Shown here: positions 1 through 9,586 of the stretch, in pieces | Position numbering within the stretch: the first letter of the stretch is position 1 | How the letters are laid out: each line of letters opens with the position of its first letter | NCBI GenBank assembly: GCA_030705925.1 | Contig: JAUZPM010000003.1 | Span: forward strand, 581 to 64,580 | Reading direction: 5' to 3' | From: Bacillota bacterium | Lineage (GTDB): Bacteria; Bacillota; Clostridia; Oscillospirales; Feifaniaceae | DNA length: 64,000 bases | Made by a program: the position numbers and the translations under genes | The notes under the pieces: generated by a model | Told to the model about the DNA's origin: nothing | What the model saw: the letters and a program-made list of their open reading frames with translations, nothing else | The model's database searches: none

Positions 1-909
1 GGTTGCAATGCCGGTTATAATAAGTAAATTTTTATGAAGCCCGTTTTTACTTATAAACGCCATAACAATTGCCCCTATAAATGAGCCTACCCCCGCTGCG
101 GATAGAAGCGTTGTATAACCGGATGCCCCCCTGTTAAGTACGATCCTTGAGAAAACAGGGATAACAACATCGTTATTCATTGCGAACGTACAGACAATCC
201 CCATTACTATTACGTTTAACATTAGGGTTTTGCTCTTTTTTATGTATCTTAGACCTTCTGAAATCTCGGGAAGCATCCTTCTATGTGTGGCTTTTGGCAC
301 ATATGGTTCTATTTTTATCATAAGTATGCCGCCAATAACCGCAATGTAACTAACCGCATTTATAAAGAAACACACAACAGGACCAAAAGCAACCATTATA
401 GCACCTGAAATTGCAGGGCCAACGATCTTGGCAAGGTTAACAATAGACGAGTTAAGCGAAATCGCGTTCATTATGTCATCTTTACCGACAAGCTCGAAGA
501 AAAACGACTGTCTTGCAGGCATATCTATCGTTTGAGTGATACCGTAAAAAGCGCTCAAAATGAAAACGTGCCAATACTGGATGCGACCTGTAAAAGTAAG
601 TATGGTCATTATTGCGGCCTGAAGCATGAAGAGAATCTGAGTTAGAAGTATTAGATTTTTTTTGGGGAATCGATCTACGATCACTCCTGCAAACAGTGAA
701 AATAAAAGCATCGGCATAAACTGGCACACGCCGAGGATACCAACAAGCAGAGGAGACTTTGTAACTGTATATACAAGCCAAACCTGCGCTGTTCGCTGCA
801 TCCATGTTCCCGTTAATGATATACACTGCCCTACCCAAAAATAACGGAAGTTTTTATACTTTAAGGAATGAAAAGTTATTTTAATTGATTCTACTAACTT
901 ATTTGACAT
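1..909 (-). CDS. MFS transporter (EntS/MFS_3-like), C-terminus cut by window edge
   Basis: Absent from the ORF track because it runs off the window. Reverse complement from ATG at 909-907 reads MSNKLVESIKITFHSLKYKNFRYFWVGQCISLTGTWMQRTAQVWLVY...VDRFPKKNL...GPAISGAIM and stays open to nt 1 (303 codons). Repeated hydrophobic helices are typical of MFS. Confidence 0.8.
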   Translation of the reverse strand, partial: MSNKLVESIKITFHSLKYKNFRYFWVGQCISLTGTWMQRTAQVWLVYTVTKSPLLVGILGVCQFMPMLLFSLFAGVIVDRFPKKNLILLTQILFMLQAAIMTILTFTGRIQYWHVFILSAFYGITQTIDMPARQSFFFELVGKDDIMNAISLNSSIVNLAKIVGPAISGAIMVAFGPVVCFFINAVSYIAVIGGILMIKIEPYVPKATHRRMLPEISEGLRYIKKSKTLMLNVIVMGIVCTFAMNNDVVIPVFSRIVLNRGASGYTTLLSAAGVGSFIGAIVMAFISKNGLHKNLLIITGIAT

Positions 910-957
910 TAATAATAAACACAACCATTCAAAAATTTTCCTTTAGGCTCAGGACGT

Positions 958-980
958 TATAGACTGATTTCTAGTCTATA
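958..980. promoter_or_regulatory. Inverted repeat TATAGACT-N7-AGTCTATA in the MFS/MarR divergent intergenic region (candidate operator)
   Basis: Perfect 8-bp arms at 958-965 and 973-980, read directly. Confidence 0.35.
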
Positions 981-1013
981 ATGAAATTATATCATAGAAA
1001 AATAGGATTTAGA

Positions 1014-1050
1014 AGAAAAATAGTTAGAATCCTAACTATTTTTCTTGACA
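1014..1050. promoter_or_regulatory. 14-bp perfect inverted repeat abutting a TTGACA -35 box (candidate MarR operator/promoter)
   Basis: AGAAAAATAGTTAG (1014-1027), 4-nt spacer, CTAACTATTTTTCT (1032-1045). TTGACA at 1045-1050, 17-nt spacer, TAAACT at 1068-1073. It lies about 65 nt upstream of the MarR start. Confidence 0.45.
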
Positions 1051-1114
1051 TAAAAATATGCCAATGCTAAACTGAAATCGTTAGGTTCCGAATTAATTTT
1101 TGGAGGTCATATAA

Positions 1115-1564
1115 ATGGACGATACAGCAATAAAACTCTATACTGCTTTAAATCGTGTCGGAAGGCAAATGCACAGAATTTCACACAGCAGGGCGGGACA
1201 CTATAGAGAGCAAATGCGAATACTTAAGCTCATTGAACAAAACAACGGAGTTATACAGCGTGATCTTGCATGGCAGATGGATGTCAGAGCATCGTCTATG
1301 ACTGAAATGCTTGCTAAGCTCGAAAAACGTGGCTTGGTTGAGCGCAAACAGGATGATGATGACCAACGTGTCATGCATATTTTTTTGACTGATCAGGGCA
1401 TTAAGGCAGCGCAGGAATCAGAGCAGACTGGGGAAATTCTTATAAACTCTATGTTTAAGGGATTAACTGAGCCAGAAATGAAACAGATGCTGATTCTTAC
1501 TGAAAAACTAATTGAAAGCCTTAGTGCAAGGGAAGAATGTTCAATGGCTAATAGCTGCAAATAA
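1115..1564 (+). CDS. MarR family transcriptional regulator
   Basis: 149 aa. Winged-helix MarR pattern (LKLIEQNNGVIQRDLAWQMDVRASSMTEMLAKLEKRGLVERKQDDDDQRV). GGAGG RBS upstream. Confidence 0.9.
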   Translation: MDDTAIKLYTALNRVGRQMHRISHSRAGHYREQMRILKLIEQNNGVIQRDLAWQMDVRASSMTEMLAKLEKRGLVERKQDDDDQRVMHIFLTDQGIKAAQESEQTGEILINSMFKGLTEPEMKQMLILTEKLIESLSAREECSMANSCK

Positions 1565-1578
1565 CACCAAAGGATAAG

Positions 1579-3414
1579 TTGAATGAAAGGATGAATCATA
1601 TGCCATACGGAATTGGAAGGGTCAGGTATATAGATGACACACAAAGTTATCCGAAACTTTCTAAAGCTCTGTTTATCAGAGTTTTAAAGTATTTTCGTCC
1701 ATACATAAAACAGCTGGCAGTTGCTGTTTTGGCGATATTATCAACTTCAATTTTGGGTCTGATCCCCCCTCTCCTTCTTCGGAGCATCGTAGATACAGCT
1801 CTGCCTCAAAAAAATATCAAACTGCTGGGGGTTCTAGTTCTTATTTCAATATCCACCACTGTTGTTATCAGCCTTATTCAGGTTGGTCAGACTTACCTTA
1901 ACACATGGATATCAAAACATATTATATATAATATAAAAAATGAAATGTATGTGCATCTGCAGTACATGCCCCTTAGCTTTTTTTCTTCTGCAAAACCCGG
2001 TGAAATAATAACTCATATGACAAGTGATATTGATGGTATTCAGGAAATATTCAACACTACGGTTGTAAATGCAATGAACAGTATATTTGTGCTTATTACA
2101 ACAGCCGCAACGCTTATATATATGAACTGGAAGCTTGCAATTATCGGAATGATCACGCTTCCTCTATTCATTTTGCCAACAAGGAAAGTCGGGAAAACGC
2201 GCTGGAAAATTGCGCTTAAAAGTCAGGAAAGACTTGCTGAGCTAAACCAGATCATTCAAGAGACACTTGGAATCAGCGGATCGATTTTAATGAAGATATT
2301 TACTAAAGAAAAAGATGAAAGCGCTCATTTTGAAAAGGTCAATGATGATGTGATTAGACTTCAGATCAAAGAATCATTGGCAGGCAGATGGTTTATCATG
2401 ACTATACAGATTTTCATGACTATTGGACCGATGCTTATCTATTTTTTTGGCGGGTTGCTGCTTGTTCACGGCGAGCTCACGATAGGCGGAATTGTGGCGT
2501 TTGTGGCTTTGCTTAGCAAGTTATATAACCCTGTGACCCAGATTTCAAATATACATATAGATGTCACAAGATCGTTTGCATTGTTCGGGAGGATTTTTGA
2601 TTATTTAGACAAGGATCAGGAGATAGTGGATAAGCCTGATGCAGAAGCTCTATCCATTACGGCAGGAGAGATAAAATTCGAAAATGTATATTTTTCTTAC
2701 AATAATTCCAAAGATGCATTGAACAATATTAGCTTTACGGCAGAGCCCGGCACAGTAACGGCGCTTGTTGGGCCAAGCGGCGCCGGGAAAACGACGATAA
2801 CTAATTTGATTCCAAGACTTTATGATGTTACAAACGGCGTGATAACTATTGACGGTATAGATATTCGAAATGTTACGATTGAATCCCTGCGCAAGCAAGT
2901 CGGGATAGTTATGCAGGAGCCGTATCTTTTTAACTCTACAATCAAGGATAATCTGCTTTACAGTCGGAAGAATGCGACAGATGATGAGATCATATCGGCA
3001 TGTAAATCAGCGTATATACATGATTTTATTATGTCATTGCCCCAGGGGTATGACACTGTTGTCGGTAACAGGGGGATAAAATTATCAGGAGGAGAAAAAC
3101 AGCGTATTTCTATAGCAAGAGTGATATTAAAGGACCCCAAAATCATTGTGCTTGATGAAGCTACCTCATCACTTGATTCAGTATCCGAGGATTACATTCA
3201 AAAAGCTATGGTGCCTTTGCTCAAAGGAAGAACGGGGTTGGTAATTGCACATAGGCTTTCAACTGTTCTGTCTGCCGATCACATAATCGTTATAGAAGAT
3301 GGGAGCATTAAGGAAACTGGAACCCATGAGGAACTTTTAAGGTTAGGCGGTCTTTATACGAAACTGTACCAAACCCAGTTTAAAGCCCAGGAAAAAGTTT
3401 TATTAAATATCTAA
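1579..3414 (+). CDS. ABC exporter, fused permease/ATP-binding protein (MsbA/MDR-like)
   Basis: 611 aa. N-terminal multi-TM exporter domain plus NBD with Walker A GPSGAGKTT, signature LSGGEKQR and Walker B IIVLDEATS. Start uncertain (TTG 1579, ATG 1591 or ATG 1600). Confidence 0.92.
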   Translation: MNERMNHMPYGIGRVRYIDDTQSYPKLSKALFIRVLKYFRPYIKQLAVAVLAILSTSILGLIPPLLLRSIVDTALPQKNIKLLGVLVLISISTTVVISLIQVGQTYLNTWISKHIIYNIKNEMYVHLQYMPLSFFSSAKPGEIITHMTSDIDGIQEIFNTTVVNAMNSIFVLITTAATLIYMNWKLAIIGMITLPLFILPTRKVGKTRWKIALKSQERLAELNQIIQETLGISGSILMKIFTKEKDESAHFEKVNDDVIRLQIKESLAGRWFIMTIQIFMTIGPMLIYFFGGLLLVHGELTIGGIVAFVALLSKLYNPVTQISNIHIDVTRSFALFGRIFDYLDKDQEIVDKPDAEALSITAGEIKFENVYFSYNNSKDALNNISFTAEPGTVTALVGPSGAGKTTITNLIPRLYDVTNGVITIDGIDIRNVTIESLRKQVGIVMQEPYLFNSTIKDNLLYSRKNATDDEIISACKSAYIHDFIMSLPQGYDTVVGNRGIKLSGGEKQRISIARVILKDPKIIVLDEATSSLDSVSEDYIQKAMVPLLKGRTGLVIAHRLSTVLSADHIIVIEDGSIKETGTHEELLRLGGLYTKLYQTQFKAQEKVLLNI

Positions 3415-3440
3415 ATGGAGGTGAACCCCTCCATTTTTTC
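3414..3440 (+). terminator. Rho-independent terminator after the ABC exporter
   Basis: AATGGAGG (3414-3421) pairs with CCTCCATT (3428-3435), followed by a T-run. Confidence 0.7.
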
Positions 3441-3543
3441 ACTCTATATCCATGGTACAACTTACATTTGACTTTGATGTGTTATTTAAGGTAACCTGTT
3501 AGCAGGGGGATACAAAAGAAGTAGAATCAGGAGGTATAGGGAA

Positions 3544-4455
3544 ATGAAAAGATTATTCTCAAAACTTTCGGCAATACTCTTGGTATTTGCCATAATTTTA
3601 TCTGTTGCAAATTTTTCAGCGGAGGTACATGCTGCCACTGCAACGTCAGCCGCCGGAATCGTTAATATTGGTTACGGTTCTTTAAATGTTCGGTCTTCGG
3701 CAAGTTCAAGCTCGGCTATTGTCGCAAAGCTTGCGAAGGGTTCTTATGTAACGCTGATTTCTAAGACGGGAAACTGGTGGAAAGTTGAGTATGCTGGAGG
3801 CAGTTATGGGTATGTTTCCGCAGACTTTATTACTAAAGTATCAGGGACTACAGCTTCGGTAGGCTTATCATCCGGATATCTTAATGTAAGATCTGGCGCG
3901 GGAGCATCCTACCCCGTTACAGCACAGCTTCCCTCGGGGAGAACAGTTATCACTCTTTCCTCCGGAAGCGGTTGGAGCAGAATACTTTACAATGGAACTA
4001 ATGTGGGTTATGTGAGTTCTCAGTATCTTCGTGCAGTAATGGCATGGCCTGTTCCTGCAAGTTCAAGGATAAATCAATATTTTGTTAGCGGTAGTCATCT
4101 TGGCATTGACATCGGCTCGTCTGTTCCGGGTGTAACCGGCGATACAGTTGTTGCAGCTTACGGTGGAACGGTGGTATACTCAGGGGCGCTCAACGGTTAT
4201 GGTTACGTTGTCTATATCAATTCATATTACAATGGACAATATATACAGACAAGATACGCTCACCTTAAAACTACTCCGTCGGTAAGTGTAGGCTCTGTGG
4301 TTGGAATCGGACAGACAATTGGCTATATGGGTAATTCAGGAGAGTCGACCGGCGCTCACACTCATTTTGAAGTTCGAATAAGATCCTCAAGTGGAAATTG
4401 TATTGCTAATTCAGAAAGTACACCTGTAAATCCATTAAATTATGTACGATATTAA
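3544..4455 (+). CDS. Secreted SH3b-domain M23 (LytM-type) metallopeptidase
   Basis: 303 aa. Signal peptide (LLVFAIILSVANFSAEVHA), two SH3b-like repeats (G.LNVRS...GYVS), M23 motifs HLGIDI and HTHFEV. AGGAGG RBS. Confidence 0.88.
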   Translation: MKRLFSKLSAILLVFAIILSVANFSAEVHAATATSAAGIVNIGYGSLNVRSSASSSSAIVAKLAKGSYVTLISKTGNWWKVEYAGGSYGYVSADFITKVSGTTASVGLSSGYLNVRSGAGASYPVTAQLPSGRTVITLSSGSGWSRILYNGTNVGYVSSQYLRAVMAWPVPASSRINQYFVSGSHLGIDIGSSVPGVTGDTVVAAYGGTVVYSGALNGYGYVVYINSYYNGQYIQTRYAHLKTTPSVSVGSVVGIGQTIGYMGNSGESTGAHTHFEVRIRSSSGNCIANSESTPVNPLNYVRY

Positions 4456-4469
4456 TAAATAATTTTAAA

Positions 4470-4515
4470 GCCCTCTTTATTTGGCTAGTCAAAGCTTAAT
4501 AAAGGGGGCTTTTAT
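4470..4515 (+). terminator. Rho-independent terminator after the M23 peptidase
   Basis: GCCCTCTTTATT pairs with AATAAAGGGGGC (one G-U pair, 16-nt loop), then CTTTTAT. Confidence 0.55.
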
Positions 4516-4590
4516 AATAAAAATGTTTAATTTATTGAATCAACCTTAATTTAAATGTATAATAAAAATACTTAAAAAGTCTATATTAAG

Positions 4591-5136
4591 ATGAGTGAAA
4601 TTATGAAAACTATAGTAATTTACAAATCAAAAACTGGATATACCCAAAAATACGCAGGCTGGATTGCTGAGGAGTTATCTGCAGACATTAGAGAAGCCTC
4701 GAAAATCGATGCGGAATTTTTATGTGAGTATGACGTTATAATATTTGGCGGCAGCCTGCATGCAGTAGGGATAAACGGCATTAAAGTAATAACCGATAAC
4801 TTTGAAAAGTTAAAAGGTAAAAAATTAATTGTTTTTGCAACGGGAGTTTCACCATTAAAAGATGAAGCATTAAGCGAAATTAAATATAAAAACTTTACTG
4901 GAGAAGAACTTAAAGTAATAAAACTTTATTATCTAAGAGGCGGGTTTAATTTTAAAGCGCTTCCTCTATCTGATAAAATACTTATGCTAATGCTAAAAGC
5001 CAAAATTAGAATGAAGAAAAAAGAGAATTTAACTGCAGATGAAAAAGGAATGCTTGCCATTTTTAATAAGCCTATAGATTATACTAAAAGGGAAAATATC
5101 AACAGTATTTTGGAATATGCAAGGAATATTGATTAA
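4591..5136 (+). CDS. Flavodoxin-domain protein (HemG/flavodoxin_5-like)
   Basis: 181 aa. N-terminal KTIVIYKSKTGYTQKYAGWIAEEL flavodoxin-like FMN loop. Start may be ATG 4603. Confidence 0.75.
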   Translation: MSEIMKTIVIYKSKTGYTQKYAGWIAEELSADIREASKIDAEFLCEYDVIIFGGSLHAVGINGIKVITDNFEKLKGKKLIVFATGVSPLKDEALSEIKYKNFTGEELKVIKLYYLRGGFNFKALPLSDKILMLMLKAKIRMKKKENLTADEKGMLAIFNKPIDYTKRENINSILEYARNID

Positions 5137-5888
5137 TGAAGCTTTAAGAATTTCTGTTCTAATTCCTTTATTTCTTTTGACTGTTCTGTATGACCGTTAT
5201 TTTTTCTTATTGAGAAAAATCCTAGAACGGATATGATTAAAGAACTGGAAGCGTCTACTATCAAGTCGGTCATTGTGTCCGCAAGCGCGGCGCGACCGAC
5301 AAGCTGTGTGCCGTTTTCCAAAGCATATTTTTGCATATTTACCGATAATAAACCGTCAAATGTATATTCGTATATCTCCCAAACCGCCCCTGCTGCAAGG
5401 GCAAAACAGAATGCAAAAAGAGCGACAAAAAACGGGCTCAACTGTATTTTTACTCTTTCGGCATCGTTTAAAATACTCACAAGTGTGAATCCAAGCGCCC
5501 CAAGCATAGCACCGCTGAATGCGTGCAGGATGTTATCCCATTGAGGCACAAGATAGTAAAATTCTCTTACCTCCCCGAGATAAATTGCACAGAATAAAAA
5601 CACAAAATACAATATGTACATATAATTAGGGATTCCGATTGACCATTTCTTTTCAACTATTGTCGGAACAGCCATCACTACTACGCCTAAAATACACTGA
5701 AAAAGCATTAAAACATAATCGCTTTTTATCTTTTTATATGAGTCTGCATCTGAGAGCGCTGACGGAGAAATAATTATTTGAACAATTGAGTAAATAATCG
5801 ATAATACCAGTGTGATCAAAAGAATAATACCTGCAATCTTTCTCCAGTCCTTAATTGAAAGATTAGGAATATGCTTTTTCATGTGCAA
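5133..5888 (-). CDS. Multi-pass membrane protein, family not recognised (possibly YjdF/DUF2238-like)
   Basis: 251 aa with about 6 hydrophobic helices. WDNILHAFSGAMLGALGF and WEIYEYTFDG motifs. Sits downstream of the MprF-like gene on the same strand. Confidence 0.6.
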   Translation of the reverse strand: MHMKKHIPNLSIKDWRKIAGIILLITLVLSIIYSIVQIIISPSALSDADSYKKIKSDYVLMLFQCILGVVVMAVPTIVEKKWSIGIPNYMYILYFVFLFCAIYLGEVREFYYLVPQWDNILHAFSGAMLGALGFTLVSILNDAERVKIQLSPFFVALFAFCFALAAGAVWEIYEYTFDGLLSVNMQKYALENGTQLVGRAALADTMTDLIVDASSSLIISVLGFFSIRKNNGHTEQSKEIKELEQKFLKLH

Positions 5889-5935
5889 TCCTCCCCCGAT
5901 ATTGCAAACCTATTCTATATATCTTATGTGGCTTT

Positions 5936-7675
5936 TTATTTTTTGCCAGCAAAAATCTGTTTTATTTGTGTAAGCAGATAATCTTTAACGCCTTTAGGAT
6001 TTTGAGCTTTTATTATAGAGTAAGCGATTTTAGGAGTGAAAGACTTAGGGTAATAGCTTAGATATCTAGGCTGCCAATGCGTCGGGGCGTATTTTTTCTT
6101 ATATTGATAAAGAGTTTTAAAACCATAGAAGTTATTCAAATGTTCATAAATAAACTCCAAAACAAGGCCGACTGTTTTTTTAGGATCACTTTCTCTTACA
6201 TTTGCAAGAGGAGCGAGTCCGAGACTTCCCCACTCAACTCCATCGCCTTTCATCGTTTCAAAGGCAGAAATGATGATTTTTTCCATAACTCCAATAGGGG
6301 CTTCCAGTCTGCGCCGTGTTACGTCAGCATAATATCCACTTCCACCGGCAAATGGGACAAATACAACAAAGCCCTGTATAACGCCTGATGCATCTGTAGC
6401 ATAAAAATAGCGTCTTCCTTCAGGATTCTCAAATGAAACACTTCCAAGCATAAAAGACAGCTCACTGCTTTTTTTGCCATGAAGCCATTCATGGGATACA
6501 TCCATAATTTCTTTTTCCAAAGTTCTGTTAGTGTCCTTGGATTTATCATATTCATAGACATTTATTCCAAGCCTATTGGCTTTATTAACTGCCTGCCTGG
6601 TTTTTGCAGCTGCCCCGCCGGCGGTGCTATACGTACTTAGTTCGAACATTGCCTCCTCGCCATATTTGGTTATTCCAAATCCCATCTCTTTATATATGTG
6701 AAGCAATTTGTCGGAAACCTGGCAAAAACAAATATCAAGATCATTTTGTCTGCAGAATGTAATAAACTCGCTTAATAGAATTATAGCGTCTTCAATTTTA
6801 CAAATGGGATCACCCGCACAGACGGCAACTCCTGCTGCAAGTGTATATGCTATTACGCCGTTAACGGAAGAACCGAAGAAGTAAAGTTTATCCTCCTCGA
6901 GAGCGACATATGATATTGGGTTGAAGCCATACGACCTAAGTAAATCATGAACCCGTTCCCTACCCATCCTTGAAACTATTGGCTGATATACGAGAGGTTT
7001 TAAAATCAATATAATTGCAGTTATAATACAAACCCAATTTAAAATGATAGCAGATTTGCAAAATAAGACTGCCGTTCTCGTCTTAGGCTCTATCATCGAT
7101 ATATCCATAAAGAAGAGCAGCTGAATGGAGCGTATTATTCCATCGGCAAAACTGTAAATATGTTTAAATTCGTTTTTTAATATGAATAATCCGACCGCAG
7201 TGTTAAGCAGCACTAAAAAAACAGAAATTGAGGCAATAGTAATTCCTGCTTTTAATCTGAGAGGACTTGAAGCTCTATGAAAATCTTTATAACTTAAAGA
7301 CAGGACGATAATGATCAAACTTTCAGAAAACGTAAAAATATTAATGTAATTATGGAACCGCAAAACATGAAGTATAAGAGATACAGGAAGGATACATAGA
7401 GCTAAAACCCATGCCATACGCATTCGTTTATAAAGTCTGAAGCTTATTAAAAGAAGGATGAATCCGGCAAGCGTTGAAAAAGTTCGATGAATAGAAATGT
7501 ATTCGGGATTTAGGATTCTATAATATTTTCCAATAGTTTTTACCATTTTGAATTTATATGGAAGTGAGAGCACTATATTACTAATTCCGGAAAAGACAAT
7601 AAGTGTAATGGCGGCATTTTGAATATTTATTATTATTTTATTAATTATTTCGGAACGTTTTCTCATACAATGCAC
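5936..7675 (-). CDS. Short MprF-like aminoacyl-phosphatidylglycerol synthase (TM region plus DUF2156 domain)
   Basis: 579 aa. N-terminal TM helices, C-terminal DUF2156-type domain (GDPICKIEDAIILLSEFITFCRQNDLDICFCQV; FYGFKTLYQYKKKYAPTHWQPRYL). Shorter than two-domain MprF. Confidence 0.8.
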   Translation of the reverse strand: MHCMRKRSEIINKIIINIQNAAITLIVFSGISNIVLSLPYKFKMVKTIGKYYRILNPEYISIHRTFSTLAGFILLLISFRLYKRMRMAWVLALCILPVSLILHVLRFHNYINIFTFSESLIIIVLSLSYKDFHRASSPLRLKAGITIASISVFLVLLNTAVGLFILKNEFKHIYSFADGIIRSIQLLFFMDISMIEPKTRTAVLFCKSAIILNWVCIITAIILILKPLVYQPIVSRMGRERVHDLLRSYGFNPISYVALEEDKLYFFGSSVNGVIAYTLAAGVAVCAGDPICKIEDAIILLSEFITFCRQNDLDICFCQVSDKLLHIYKEMGFGITKYGEEAMFELSTYSTAGGAAAKTRQAVNKANRLGINVYEYDKSKDTNRTLEKEIMDVSHEWLHGKKSSELSFMLGSVSFENPEGRRYFYATDASGVIQGFVVFVPFAGGSGYYADVTRRRLEAPIGVMEKIIISAFETMKGDGVEWGSLGLAPLANVRESDPKKTVGLVLEFIYEHLNNFYGFKTLYQYKKKYAPTHWQPRYLSYYPKSFTPKIAYSIIKAQNPKGVKDYLLTQIKQIFAGKK

Positions 7676-7720
7676 CAGCCTTAATGTTTTAACTTACTTA
7701 TTTAAGGAATACATTATTAA

Positions 7721-8137
7721 TTATCGATACACTACAAACTTACACATTACAAAATTCCACATTGCAATTATGACCATAACAGGTATCTTTGCATACGCTG
7801 CCGGAAGCAGTAACAGATGATCGGTTATAAAGCTCAATAAAACGTCTGACAGAAGCGTATTGAAACAAAAAAGCACAGTATAGCGCACAAGCTGCCTTAT
7901 GGCATTCTTATTTGACTTAAAATTAAAATGCCGATTCATAGTAAAAGAGTAAAAAGCCCCGATTGCCATAGCAAGAGGATTGGATATAAGCTTTTCAATT
8001 TTTAGACCTAATAAAGCCAGAAAAGACAGATATTCAATTGCAGCGGCGGAACATCCGATAACTATGTATCTTGAGAATTGTCTCGCGGTTCTGCTGTTTT
8101 TGACGCGTTTTACTTTTTTCACGACTTTGCTGTTCAT
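7721..8137 (-). CDS. GtrA family membrane protein
   Basis: 138 aa, 4 TM. GtrA-like N-terminus RQFSRYIVIGCSAAAIEYLSFLAL. AAGAGGA RBS. Confidence 0.8.
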   Translation of the reverse strand: MNSKVVKKVKRVKNSRTARQFSRYIVIGCSAAAIEYLSFLALLGLKIEKLISNPLAMAIGAFYSFTMNRHFNFKSNKNAIRQLVRYTVLFCFNTLLSDVLLSFITDHLLLLPAAYAKIPVMVIIAMWNFVMCKFVVYR

Positions 8138-8290
8138 ATAGTGTCCTCTTTTTTCCTTTTTGTACTTTCGATATTATACATCAAATAGATTGCAAATTAA
8201 AACATATTGTGTTAAACTGCATAAAAAATGTTTTGTGCGAATATCAAAACTGTATAAATATATAATTTTAATAAAAATATACATTTTATA

Positions 8291-8319
8291 TTGCATTTTT
8301 AAACATATAAACGTATAAT
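8291..8319 (+). promoter_or_regulatory. Candidate sigma-A promoter of the arg operon
   Basis: TTGCAT (8291-8296), 17-nt spacer, TATAAT (8314-8319), 34 nt before argG ATG. Flanked by AT-rich TGCAT/TGTAT-containing repeats (possible ARG boxes). Confidence 0.5.
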
Positions 8320-8352
8320 TATTAATATAAAATATGCGAAGGAGAAAGTTAA

Positions 8353-9567
8353 ATGAAGTCTTTTAAAAAAGTAGTGCTTGCCTATTCCGGCGGTCTTGAT
8401 ACATCTATAATAATTCCGTGGCTGAAAGAGAATTATGGCTGTGAAGTTATAGCCGTTGCCGCTGATGTGGGTCAGGGCGCTGAGTTATCGGGTCTTGAGG
8501 AGAAGGCTATAAAAACGGGTGCTTCTAAGCTTTATATAGAGGATCTGACAAAAGATTTCGTTGAAGATTTTATATTCCCCACTGTTAAAGCCGGTGCTAA
8601 ATACGAGGGACAGTATCTTCTTGGAACGTCTTTTGCACGTCCGATAATTGCGAAAAGAATAGTGGAAATCGCAAAAGCGGAAGGCGCTGACGCAATCGCC
8701 CATGGCTGTACCGGAAAAGGAAACGATCAGGTTCGTTTTGAGCTTACAATAAAAGCATTCGCCCCTAACATGCCTATTATTGCTCCCTGGCGTATATGGG
8801 ATCTAAAATCAAGAGACGAAGAAATTGATTATGCTGAAGCCAGGAATATACCTATTGCAATAACACGTGAGACTAATTACTCTAAGGATAAAAACCTATG
8901 GCATCTATCCCATGAGGGCCTTGATCTTGAAGATCCTGCGAACGAGCCGCAGCTCGATATAATACTTGAACTTGGTGTTTCACCGGAAAAAGCTCCCGAT
9001 AAGGCTGAATATGTTACTATTACTTTTGAAAAAGGCGTTCCAGTCGCAATTGACGGAGTGAAGACTGACGGCGTTTCTCTTATAAGCAAGCTTAACGAGC
9101 TTGGCGGAAAAAACGGAATCGGAATAATAGATATGGTTGAAAATCGTCTGGTTGGCATGAAATCCAGAGGCGTTTATGAAACTCCAGGCGGAACTATCCT
9201 TTATAAGGCGCATGAAGTTCTTGAAACGCTCTGCCTTGACAGGGACACAATGCACTTAAAACAGGCTTTGTCCGGTAAATTCGCCGATCTCGTATATTTT
9301 GGTCAGTGGTATACTCCTGTTCGTGAAGCGCTTTCCGCTTTTGTTGACAAAACACAGGAAACCGTAACAGGTGATGTCAAACTCAAGCTCTATAAGGGCA
9401 ATATCATTACAGCTTCCGTTACCTCGCCTTATTCACTGTACGACGAAGATATTGCAACCTTCGGAGAAGACGATGTTTATGACCAGAAGGATTCTGCAGG
9501 ATTTATAAATCTATTTGGACTTCCGATCAAAGTTAAGGCAATGCTGGACGCAAAACAAGGCAAATAA
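8353..9567 (+). CDS. argG: Argininosuccinate synthase
   Basis: 404 aa. [15 protein letters not shown]-PPase motif, full-length ArgG-like sequence, GAAGGAG RBS. Confidence 0.97.
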   Translation: MKSFKKVVLAYSGGLDTSIIIPWLKENYGCEVIAVAADVGQGAELSGLEEKAIKTGASKLYIEDLTKDFVEDFIFPTVKAGAKYEGQYLLGTSFARPIIAKRIVEIAKAEGADAIAHGCTGKGNDQVRFELTIKAFAPNMPIIAPWRIWDLKSRDEEIDYAEARNIPIAITRETNYSKDKNLWHLSHEGLDLEDPANEPQLDIILELGVSPEKAPDKAEYVTITFEKGVPVAIDGVKTDGVSLISKLNELGGKNGIGIIDMVENRLVGMKSRGVYETPGGTILYKAHEVLETLCLDRDTMHLKQALSGKFADLVYFGQWYTPVREALSAFVDKTQETVTGDVKLKLYKGNIITASVTSPYSLYDEDIATFGEDDVYDQKDSAGFINLFGLPIKVKAMLDAKQGK

Positions 9568-9586
9568 TTTTTAGGAGGAACGGCGT

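Noticed and set aside
482-844. Track ORFs 482-838 (-) and 662-844 (+)
   Set aside because: They are out-of-frame or antisense shadows inside the edge-truncated MFS gene (1-909, minus strand), whose frame gives a coherent transporter sequence.
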